Shown here: positions 1 through 7,557 of the stretch, piece after piece
How positions within the stretch are numbered: position 1 is the stretch's first letter
Layout of the letters: each line of letters opens with the position of its first letter
Assembly (NCBI GenBank): GCA_018402585.1
Contig: JAGYIO010000003.1
Location: 140,386 to 204,385 of the forward strand
Origin: Chthoniobacterales bacterium
GTDB lineage: Bacteria; Verrucomicrobiota; Verrucomicrobiia; Chthoniobacterales; JACTMZ01
Direction of reading: 5' to 3'
Length of the DNA: 64,000 nt
Notes under the pieces: generated by a model
Seen by the model: only the letters and a program-made list of their open reading frames with translations
Database searches by the model: none
What the model was told of the DNA's origin: nothing
Made by a program: the position numbers and the translations under genes

Positions 1-2360
1 TCAACTGCCTGGCCAGCGCCACCTTCCCTCCCGGCTATCAGGATCTCCTCAATTACCTCGGCGGCTCCAATCCCAATCTGAGTGCCGGAGCGGCTCGCAA
101 CACCCTGACCCAACTGGCTGAAAGTGTCCGCCTGGCCAACACCGAACCCCGCACTGAAGTCCTGCGCGCCATCTTTACCCAACCGGGCAACCGCGACACC
201 GCCCCTTTTGGATCCGTGCCGACCATCCCGGGAACGATCTATGCCTCCGACTACGATCAGGGCATGAATGGCCACGCCTACGCGGATGCCGGGTGGGAAA
301 ACGTGCTTTACACCACGGGTGATTACACGGCTTGGAACGAGCGCTGGACCTACCGCAACGGCGGGGTGGACATCGAAACCTGCTCGGACCCTGACTCCAA
401 TGGCTACAACGTCTGTTTTTTCAAACCGAACGAGTGGATGAAATACACCGTCGAGGTCGCTTCCCCCGGGACCTACCGCATCGACCTGCGCGTGGCCAAT
501 GGCTCCGGGCAAACCGCCACCCTCGAGATCCAAAGCGGTGACGGAACCAAAACCTTGGCTACCGCCTCGGTGCGCCCTCGAGGTTGGTCGGACTGGGTGA
601 CGGTTTCCGTCAACGGCGGCTTTTCCACCGCCGGCCGCCAGTCGGTCCGCATCGCCAACACGGGCGCGTCCGACTGCAACATCAACTCCCTGCGCTTCAC
701 CAAGACCAGCGACACCGTGGCAGGGACCACTTCGGTCCCGGTGACCGTGACCACCGTTTCCCTCAAAGCGAACAACGGCGGATACCTCACGTGGAAAAGC
801 TCAAGTCCCCACGTTCTGACCTGCGAGGCCACCTCGGAGACGGACAACACGCGGTTCACCTTGGTCGACGCGGGGGACGGACGCACCGCGTTGCTCGCCG
901 GCAATGGCCAATACGTCCGCTACTCGGCCTCCGACAACAAGCTTTATGCCGATGCGACCAGCCTGGGGGCAGACGAGCAATTCACCCTGAACCGGCTCAA
1001 CCGGTCGGTCGCCATCCAGGCGCCCAACTCTCTCTTTGTCTCGCAAAATGCCAATGACCCTGTCCTCTGCGTCAAAAGTGTCCTCGCGGGCTGGGAATAT
1101 TTTCTCATGACCTCCCCTGTCACGACCCGAGGCGCTCCCGCACTCCCCTTGGGCGTCAGCATGAACAACGGGACGATCAGCTGGAGAACCATGCTCGGAG
1201 CCACCCACTACTCCGTGCAACGCCGCACCTCCTCAAGTGACTCGTTCCAAACCATTGCGACTGATCTTACCGGCACCTCCTTCATCGACCCCTCCCCCGC
1301 GAACGGAGCGACGAACACCTATCGCGTTTTGTCCCATGCCGGGACTTATGACAGTCCTCCTTCCGCCGAGGTCGGTTTCCTCGCCGCCGCCCTCCCCGCA
1401 GATTGGCGCGGGCAGGATGTCGGAAGCGTGGGCATTCCGGGCAGCGCCACCTTTCTCGATGGCACCTTCACCCTAAAAGGATCGGGTGCGGATATTTGGG
1501 AGACGGCCGATGGATGCCATTTTATCTCCCAGAGCTTGAGCGGCGATTTTGTCATCACCGCCCGTCTGGCCAGCATGGCCAACACGGACTACTGGGCCAA
1601 AGCCGGACTGATGGTCCGCGAGTCTCATGCCCCGGGCTCCCGGAATGTCTCCCTGCTCGTCACCCCGCAGGGTGGAGGCACCCGCCTGCAGTGGCGCACT
1701 TCCCCGGGCGGCCGCACCTCCGATCAGCAACTCAGCAGAAGCAACGCGCCTTTGTGGCTGCGCATCGTGCGCAGCGGCAACACCTTCACCGGCTGGCAGT
1801 CGGACGATGGACTGACTTGGACCAATACCCATGCGGTGACCCTCGGCCTGACCTCCGCGGTTTTGCTTGGACTGACCGTGACCTCGCACCAGAACAATGC
1901 GCTCAACCCGGCGGTGTTCGACCAGGTCAACGTGACCAGCCTGCCGCCCGGAACTTCCAGTTGGAGCTCCTTTCAAAACCTATGGTTCGCCGCCGGAGAG
2001 CCCAACAGCGCGCCCGAAGCCGATGCCAACAAGGATGACCTGCCCAATCTTCTGGCCTACAGCGCGGGGTTGAGTCCATGGATCCGGGCCACGCCCGACA
2101 ACGGCGGGTCCCCCTTCTTCGGGATCCACGATGGCTTCCTGGCCATGACCTACACCCGCTTGCGCCACCGTTTCGATTTCGACTGCGTGGTCGAGGTCTC
2201 CGGCGACCTCGTCACTTGGAATTCCGGTCCGGGCTTCACCGCGGAAAGCGGAATCGTGCCGCTCGATGACATCCGGGAACAAGTCACGGTGCGCGATGCC
2301 ATGCCGGCTGGCGGCTCCACTCAGCGCTTCATTCGCCTGCGGGGCATCTACCCGCGATGA
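1..2360 (+). CDS. Secreted carbohydrate-binding multidomain protein, 5'-partial (CBM6/35-like, beta-trefoil/fascin-like, FN3-like and DUF1349/LamG-like domains, plus a C-terminal tail module ending FIRLRGIYPR)
   Basis: The track ORF 216..2360 starts at a GTG. Hand translation of the same frame from nt 3 to 215 has no stop (NCLASATFPPGYQDLLNYLGG...), so the gene enters from upstream and the first full codon is at nt 3. Motifs seen: IYASDYDQG...EWMKYTVEV (CBM6-like) and FTLKGSGADIWETADGCHFISQSLSGDFVITARL...AKAGLMVRES (DUF1349/LamG-like). Confidence 0.8.
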   Translation, partial: NCLASATFPPGYQDLLNYLGGSNPNLSAGAARNTLTQLAESVRLANTEPRTEVLRAIFTQPGNRDTAPFGSVPTIPGTIYASDYDQGMNGHAYADAGWENVLYTTGDYTAWNERWTYRNGGVDIETCSDPDSNGYNVCFFKPNEWMKYTVEVASPGTYRIDLRVANGSGQTATLEIQSGDGTKTLATASVRPRGWSDWVTVSVNGGFSTAGRQSVRIANTGASDCNINSLRFTKTSDTVAGTTSVPVTVTTVSLKANNGGYLTWKSSSPHVLTCEATSETDNTRFTLVDAGDGRTALLAGNGQYVRYSASDNKLYADATSLGADEQFTLNRLNRSVAIQAPNSLFVSQNANDPVLCVKSVLAGWEYFLMTSPVTTRGAPALPLGVSMNNGTISWRTMLGATHYSVQRRTSSSDSFQTIATDLTGTSFIDPSPANGATNTYRVLSHAGTYDSPPSAEVGFLAAALPADWRGQDVGSVGIPGSATFLDGTFTLKGSGADIWETADGCHFISQSLSGDFVITARLASMANTDYWAKAGLMVRESHAPGSRNVSLLVTPQGGGTRLQWRTSPGGRTSDQQLSRSNAPLWLRIVRSGNTFTGWQSDDGLTWTNTHAVTLGLTSAVLLGLTVTSHQNNALNPAVFDQVNVTSLPPGTSSWSSFQNLWFAAGEPNSAPEADANKDDLPNLLAYSAGLSPWIRATPDNGGSPFFGIHDGFLAMTYTRLRHRFDFDCVVEVSGDLVTWNSGPGFTAESGIVPLDDIREQVTVRDAMPAGGSTQRFIRLRGIYPR

Positions 2361-2408
2361 ATGGCTCGCGAACCAAGTCGGGCGGGGCGCCGCGACCGTC
2401 CGTGATCG

Positions 2409-3008
2409 TTACGGGCGGAGAACAGACAAGGCATATTGCAGACAAAGTTTGACCGTGGCTGGCTTGACGCCGAGGGCGCGCTGGGAGGCGGCGAGGCCGA
2501 TCTGGGCGTGCAAATATTGAGCCGCGAAATGAGGCTTGATGCGGCCCATCCATTCTTCCTTCCTCCGGCTGCTCCGAAAAAAACGCGTGAAAATCTCCAC
2601 CGTCGCGGCCTCGATCTCCGCCACTTTGGCCCGGGTCTTCGGGCCGAGGTCGAGCTGCGCGCCACGCATTTTCACGAAGAGGCAGCCGTGCTCGTAACGG
2701 GGATCTTCGCTCATGAAGACGATGAGCGCCTCCAACTTCGCGGCAAAGCTCAGCTTGCTCGAAAGCAGCCCCTTCACCTGGCTCTGGACCAAGCCGGCGT
2801 AGTGGTCGAGCGCGGCCAAAGTTAGTCCGTCCTCGCTGCCGAACTCGCGGTAAAGTGACGGCTTGGCCACCCCGGCCCGCTGGCAGATGGCATTGAGGGA
2901 CACCCCGGGGCCCTCGTGCCAATACGCCTCGGTCGCGACTTGGAGCACGGCCTCCGGACGCATCGTCCGGGGCCGGCCTCGGGGCAGTTTGGTTTGGGTC
3001 GCGGGCAT
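2409..3008 (-). CDS. TetR/AcrR family transcriptional regulator
   Basis: 199-aa ORF with an N-terminal HTH (VSLNAICQRAGVAKPSLYREFGSEDGL) typical of TetR. It is divergent from the SDR gene. Confidence 0.85.
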   Translation of the reverse strand: MPATQTKLPRGRPRTMRPEAVLQVATEAYWHEGPGVSLNAICQRAGVAKPSLYREFGSEDGLTLAALDHYAGLVQSQVKGLLSSKLSFAAKLEALIVFMSEDPRYEHGCLFVKMRGAQLDLGPKTRAKVAEIEAATVEIFTRFFRSSRRKEEWMGRIKPHFAAQYLHAQIGLAASQRALGVKPATVKLCLQYALSVLRP

Positions 3009-3060
3009 TTCTATACTGAGCGGTAGTTTTTGTTTGATGGCGCGGGCTGATGAATGTTAC

Positions 3061-3070
3061 TGACTAGTCA
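3061..3070. promoter_or_regulatory. Perfect 10-bp palindrome TGACTAGTCA in the TetR/SDR divergent intergenic region (candidate TetR operator)
   Basis: The sequence tgactagtca reads the same on both strands. It lies 52 nt upstream of the SDR ATG and 53 nt upstream of the TetR ATG. Confidence 0.4.
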
Positions 3071-3121
3071 CTTAATCGAAACCCTAACCCTAAATCAACC
3101 CAGCACTAACCAATTCACACC

Positions 3122-4000
3122 ATGGAAGACCAACCGAAAACAGTCGTCATCACCGGGGCCAGCAGCGGATTCGGCGAGGGCGCGGTCAAATGTTTCGCGG
3201 ACCAAGGCTATCGTGTCTGGGGCACGATGCGGGACACCGCAGGGCGCAACGCCGCGAAGAAAGCCGCGCTGGAAGCCCATTCTCCCGGTATTTCCATCCT
3301 CGAGATGGATGTGGCCCACGACGACTCCGTGGCCGCAGGTTTTGCCCGGATTCTGGCCGCCGGCCCCGTCGACATCCTGATCAACAACGCGGGCATCATG
3401 TATCTCGGCCTCACCGAAGCGTTCAGCGTGGCCCAGGCCCACGAGCAGATGAACACGAACTACTATGGCGTCATCCGCACCACGCAGGCCGTTCTTCCCG
3501 CCATGCGCAAAGCGGGCCGTGGGTTGATCATCAACTGCAGTTCTCTTGTCGGCCGCATCTCGCCGCCTTTTTTCGGGACCTACACCGCGACCAAGCACGC
3601 TTTGGAGGGCTACTCGCAAGCCTTGCGTTACGAGGTGGCCAAGTTCGGGATCGATGTCGCCATCGTCCAGCCGGGCCCTTTCGGTACCGGGCTTCTCGGA
3701 TCCGGCAAGCCTCCCGCCCACAGCGAGGTGCTTGCCTCCTACGGCGAACTCGCCGGCGTCCCGGCCGCCATGGGTGCCAACTTTGCCCAAATGCTGCAGA
3801 GCGAAGGTGCTCCGGACCCGCAATGGGTGGTCGATGCCTATTTGAAGCTGGCGGAAATGCCCGATGGCGAGCGCCCCGTGCGGACGGTTGTCGGGATCGC
3901 CTGGGGCGTCGACGAAATGAACCGCCTGACTCAGCCCATCCAGGACAAGATTCTCCACGAAATGCAACTGAACGGCGTTTTGGGCGGGGTCTCGACCTGA
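3122..4000 (+). CDS. Short-chain dehydrogenase/reductase (classical SDR) family oxidoreductase
   Basis: It has the TGASSGFG cofactor motif near the N-terminus, NNAG, and the YTATKHALEGY catalytic Y-x3-K. Confidence 0.85.
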   Translation: MEDQPKTVVITGASSGFGEGAVKCFADQGYRVWGTMRDTAGRNAAKKAALEAHSPGISILEMDVAHDDSVAAGFARILAAGPVDILINNAGIMYLGLTEAFSVAQAHEQMNTNYYGVIRTTQAVLPAMRKAGRGLIINCSSLVGRISPPFFGTYTATKHALEGYSQALRYEVAKFGIDVAIVQPGPFGTGLLGSGKPPAHSEVLASYGELAGVPAAMGANFAQMLQSEGAPDPQWVVDAYLKLAEMPDGERPVRTVVGIAWGVDEMNRLTQPIQDKILHEMQLNGVLGGVST

Positions 4001-4032
4001 GGACGGCCGAGGTCAAGCCCCACTACAGACCC

Positions 4033-4259
4033 CTTAGCCGTAACCATGCAAAACATTCTGCCACTTCTGGCACGGCCACAGAGGCGCGTCTGGGCGAGAG
4101 TTGACTAACTATTTGGTGAGCGAGTTGGCACGTGGCCAAGGGGGCACGGGCGTCCCGCCCGTCACGACCCGACAACACGGCCGGGACGGCCGTGCCCCCT
4201 GGACAGACCGAGCCAAGCCGCGCTTTTATTGCGTCTTCAACTGCATGGTTACGGCTTAG
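4033..4259 (+). mobile_element. 227-bp MITE-like non-coding element, copy 1
   Basis: Terminal inverted repeats are CCGTAACCATGCA (4038-4050) and TGCATGGTTACGG (4242-4254). CTTAG flanks the element on both sides. A ~23-bp GC hairpin lies inside. Copies of the same length sit at 26144-26370 and 42185-42411. Confidence 0.6.
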
Positions 4260-4344
4260 TCCCTGAACCCGCGCGTTGGCGGGTGTGTGCTGGGAGTATC
4301 CGGGTTTGCGAAGGCTATGAACTTTGGCAGGCCAGAGGTCAGAA

Positions 4345-4562
4345 GGCCACAGCCGAGTCTGAGAGACGGCCCATAGGCAAATGGAAGAGGATGACAGAAG
4401 ATGGTGTTCGCGCCGCTGACACGGCGCAAACACAGTCTCCGGACCGAAGCTTTGAGCGGGGCGCGTGTCAGCGCGCCCCGCTCTGTCCTCTGCTATCTTC
4501 TTCCATTTGACCGCTTCGCTCAGCTCTCCGAGCTGCCTGTCTCGTTGCCCTCGGCTGTGGCC
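4345..4562 (+). repeat. Long composite hairpin element X, related to 10009-10111
   Basis: The outer stem is GGCCACAGCCGAG (4345-4357) with CTCGGCTGTGGCC (4550-4562). The purine arm 4378-4400 pairs with the pyrimidine arm 4487-4509. The inner hairpins are 4404-4433 (loop CTGACA) and 4454-4483 (12-bp perfect stem, loop TGTCAG). Confidence 0.6.
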
Positions 4563-4666
4563 TGTTCTTCTTCGTTTTCAACAGAGTAACTCCCGCAAGT
4601 TAGTCGGGAGTCCCTGAACCCGCGCATTGGCGGGCGTGGTTGGGGAGTAACTGGGGCGGCAAAGCC

Positions 4667-4802
4667 CAGGGGGAACGGGCGTCTCGCCCGTTTTCCGAAA
4701 GACCACCCGGGCGGGACGCCCGCAACCCAAATCATTGGGGTGTGGCATCGGCATCCTGCCGATGGGTTTGGATCGTGACGGGCGGGACGCCCGTGCCCCC
4801 TG
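4667..4802. repeat. Inverted pair of the GGGG(C/A)ACGGGCGTC(C/T)CGCCCGT motif enclosing a CATCGGCATCCTGCCGATG hairpin
   Basis: 4667-4691 (cagggggaacgggcgtctcgcccgt) and 4778-4802 (acgggcgggacgcccgtgccccctg) are near reverse complements. The hairpin CATCGGC-atcct-GCCGATG lies at 4746-4764. The same two modules recur at 49126-49223. Confidence 0.6.
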
Positions 4803-5005
4803 TCCAAAGCAGTAATTGGCGGGTCCGCCATAACCCAAGTTACTCGGGAGCCAATGGCGCGTCGCTAACCACGGGTCTGGAGATCGGCAAAATGGGGGGT
4901 CTCAGCCTCGAAAGGGACCTGTGAGTTTAAGGTTGGGAAGTTGAAAACCGACGACTGTTCAGATCGGCCACTCCACCCTCACGACTTTCCACCACGATTT
5001 CCAAC

Positions 5006-5446
5006 TTAGCGCGCTGCGAAAGCCGCCGGCGCGTCTTGACCGGCACACGGGTCGTCGGCCAGCCACCGCCGGATTTCTTCGAGGGTTTTGTCCCCGCAAT
5101 TGCGTCCGCCTTTGAGCAACTCGAGCACACCGGCTTCGATTGCTGCGGCGCGTGACCGGATGCCGTGGCGGCCGAGGGCATTGACCGCCCGCGGCGAGAG
5201 ACCGGCCAATTCGACCGAACCGCGCAAGGTTTTCAAGACGCGGCGGTGGCGCGAGAGCATGAGCGAGATGGCCTGAGGCGTGACCTGGAATTGCTCGGAA
5301 ATCTCGCGGAAGGTGTAGCCAAGGCCGCGCAGGGTGGCGATATCGCGGACTCGTTGCGGCAGTTTCTCAAGGGTTGCCGCGGCCGGCGGATCGGTCGGGG
5401 TGCTGACCGAACAGTTGTATAGGGTCACGATGTCACTCATAGCCAA
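5006..5446 (-). CDS. Small DNA-binding protein with a sigma-70 region-4-like HTH and an RNA polymerase alpha-CTD-like helix-hairpin-helix
   Basis: LPQRVRDIATLRGLGYTFREISEQFQVTPQAISLMLSRHRRVL resembles sigma region 4. LAGLSPRAVNALGRHGIRSRAAAIEAGVLELLKGGRNCGDKTLEEIRRWL follows the alpha-CTD pattern (L-S-x-R-x-x-N-x-L...N-x-G-x-K-[ST]-L-x-E-I). The start overlaps the GH3 stop by 14 nt. Confidence 0.6.
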   Translation of the reverse strand: MAMSDIVTLYNCSVSTPTDPPAAATLEKLPQRVRDIATLRGLGYTFREISEQFQVTPQAISLMLSRHRRVLKTLRGSVELAGLSPRAVNALGRHGIRSRAAAIEAGVLELLKGGRNCGDKTLEEIRRWLADDPCAGQDAPAAFAAR

Positions 5447-7346
5447 GTCCGAATCCCAAGGGGTAGAGCGGATTTTCGATGGTCTCCCGTTGGTGTCCGA
5501 GGGGGACTTGATCCATCGAACGCGGCCAGGCGAAGGACAACTTTCCGGTGGCCGGCGCGGCTCCGGTCAGCACATCGACCACCCCGGCTCCTTCCGTCCC
5601 GGGAAGCCAGGCGGCCAGGATGGCATACGCCTGATCGGCCACGTCGCCCAGAATCATGGGGCGACCGGACAAGACAACGACCACCACCGGCAGGCCTGCG
5701 GCTTTGAGCGCCGCGACTGCTGCGGTATCCTCCGGAGAAAGGGCCAAGTCATAGCGGTCGCCTTTCATTTCGGCATACGGACCCTCACCCACCACCACGA
5801 TGCCCAAGTCGGCGCCTTCGCACTTCGATCCGTCGGCCGTAAAGTTGACCTCGGTCGTGTTGCCGGCCACTGCTTTGAGCGCGTCAAGAATAGTGGTTCC
5901 GCCCGGCGTGAGGTCGCCGCGATCACCTTGCCAACCGATGGTCCATCCCCCGCACTGCATACCGAGGTCGTCCGCACCGCTGCCCGCCACGTGGATCCGG
6001 CGTGGCAGCTTCTTGACCGGCAGGAGTGCATTGTCGTTCTTCAGCAAGACCACCGACTCGGCCACAGCCTGACGGGCCACTTTGCGGTGGGCCTCGGAGC
6101 CGAACTCCGGTTGCAATTCTTTGTTCGGCCAAAGATCCGGCTCCGCCTCCATCATGCCCATGGCAAATTTGACCCGCAGAATCCGGGTGACCGCATCATC
6201 AATCCGCGCCATGGGAACTTTCCCCTCCTCCACCAATTCCTGCAGCATGGTGATGAACTCCTTGTAGCGGTCGGTCAGCATCACCATGTCCATGCCGGCA
6301 TTGATCGAAATCTCGATGCACTTCTTGTAATCCGCGCTGCGCACCTGCCCCGCCGCATTGTTGCTCTCCGGCGCGGAGTCGTCGGCCTCCGGACTGACCA
6401 ACTGGTCGATGGCATTGTAATCGGAAATGACAAAACCCTCGAAACCCAGTTCCTTCTTCAGGATGTCGGTCAAGAGCTCCTTGCTGCCGGAGCATTTGAC
6501 CCCGTTCCAACTGCTGTAAGACGGCATGATGGTGGCCACGCCGGCCTTGATCGCGTCGGGATAGGCGCCCAAATGAATGGCCCTCAAGGTCTCTTCGTCG
6601 ACCCGCACATCGCCTTGGTCGAGCATGCCCTCTCCCCCACCCGGTTTGAATCCCGTTCCTCCATCACCGATGAAATGCTTGGCGCAGGCCGCGACCGACT
6701 CCCGCCCCGAGAGGTCCGTCCCTTGCAAGCCGCGCACCACCGCGGGGCCGAGCCGGGCCACCACGGCAGGATCCTCCGAGAATCCCTCGTAAGCCCGTCC
6801 CCAGCGGATGTCCCGCGGCACAGCGACCGACGGGGCGAAGGTCCATTGGATCCCCGAAGCCCGCACTTCCCGCGCGGTGATCCGCGCGATTTCCTCGACC
6901 AACTGCGGATTCCGGGCGCACCCCAGGCCGATGTTGTGCGGAAAGATGACCGCCCCGAGGAGATTGTTGTGGCCGTGGACTGCATCCACGCCGTAGATCA
7001 AGGGAATCCCGAGCCGCGATTTGAGCGCACGCTTCTGGCGCTCGGTGTAAAAATCCGCCCAGTCCGAAAGCTTGTTGCCGCTCTCCGGATCCGAACTGCC
7101 CCCGCTGAGCATCGACCCCAGGGCAAGGGTGGTGATGTCCTCGAGGTCCTTGACCGATCCGCTGTCCGGTTGGGTCATCTGCCCGACCTTCTCGGCCAGG
7201 GTCATTTTTTCCACGATGGCTTTGATCTTATCGTCGTTCGCCGTGAGCCATGGCGGGGAGGCGGCCAGCGCACTCTGACAGAGAACAGCGAACGCAGCGC
7301 TCAAGGTGGCCGGGCGGGCAAAGGGGGCAAGTGGCGGTAAAGTCAT
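5433..7346 (-). CDS. bglX: Glycoside hydrolase family 3 beta-glucosidase, secreted
   Basis: GH3 motifs are present: KVGQMTQP, GIPLIYGVDAVHGHNN, and GFEGFVISDYNAIDQ with the nucleophile Asp in context. An N-terminal signal peptide is present. Confidence 0.9.
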   Translation of the reverse strand: MTLPPLAPFARPATLSAAFAVLCQSALAASPPWLTANDDKIKAIVEKMTLAEKVGQMTQPDSGSVKDLEDITTLALGSMLSGGSSDPESGNKLSDWADFYTERQKRALKSRLGIPLIYGVDAVHGHNNLLGAVIFPHNIGLGCARNPQLVEEIARITAREVRASGIQWTFAPSVAVPRDIRWGRAYEGFSEDPAVVARLGPAVVRGLQGTDLSGRESVAACAKHFIGDGGTGFKPGGGEGMLDQGDVRVDEETLRAIHLGAYPDAIKAGVATIMPSYSSWNGVKCSGSKELLTDILKKELGFEGFVISDYNAIDQLVSPEADDSAPESNNAAGQVRSADYKKCIEISINAGMDMVMLTDRYKEFITMLQELVEEGKVPMARIDDAVTRILRVKFAMGMMEAEPDLWPNKELQPEFGSEAHRKVARQAVAESVVLLKNDNALLPVKKLPRRIHVAGSGADDLGMQCGGWTIGWQGDRGDLTPGGTTILDALKAVAGNTTEVNFTADGSKCEGADLGIVVVGEGPYAEMKGDRYDLALSPEDTAAVAALKAAGLPVVVVVLSGRPMILGDVADQAYAILAAWLPGTEGAGVVDVLTGAAPATGKLSFAWPRSMDQVPLGHQRETIENPLYPLGFGLGYE

Positions 7347-7439
7347 GGGTAGAGAGGTTTTGGGAGTTGCGGAGGAAGCCAGCCGAGCATCTAGCCACGC
7401 AGCAGCCCAACTTCACAAGCTCTAGCTCCGATTAGCGCC

Positions 7440-7460
7440 TAGTCACTTCGGACTATAGCG
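7440..7460. promoter_or_regulatory. Conserved 21-nt box TAGTCACTTCGGACTATAGCG (TAGTC-N6-GACTA palindrome), copy 1
   Basis: 19 of 21 nt match 10132-10152. The box lies in the divergent region between GH3 (-) and the beta-helix gene (+), 98 nt before the 7558 ATG. Confidence 0.45.
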
Positions 7461-7557
7461 GCGGTGGATAAACCGGCGTAGTTTCCTCTCGTTCTTTGCG
7501 TCGCGTCCACGCAGCAACAAACAAATCCAAACAACCTCCACAACACCCAGTCCTCCC

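Noticed and set aside
4033-4860. Possible CRISPR array, because of the many short repeats
   Set aside because: There are no regularly spaced identical direct repeats with unique spacers. The repeats are inverted or nested palindromes of differing lengths, and no cas genes are in the window.
5334-7340. 668-aa plus-strand ORF covering the whole GH3 region
   Set aside because: It is antisense to a gene with unmistakable GH3 motifs. Its translation is R/G/H/P-rich and low in complexity, as expected for shadow ORFs in high-GC DNA.
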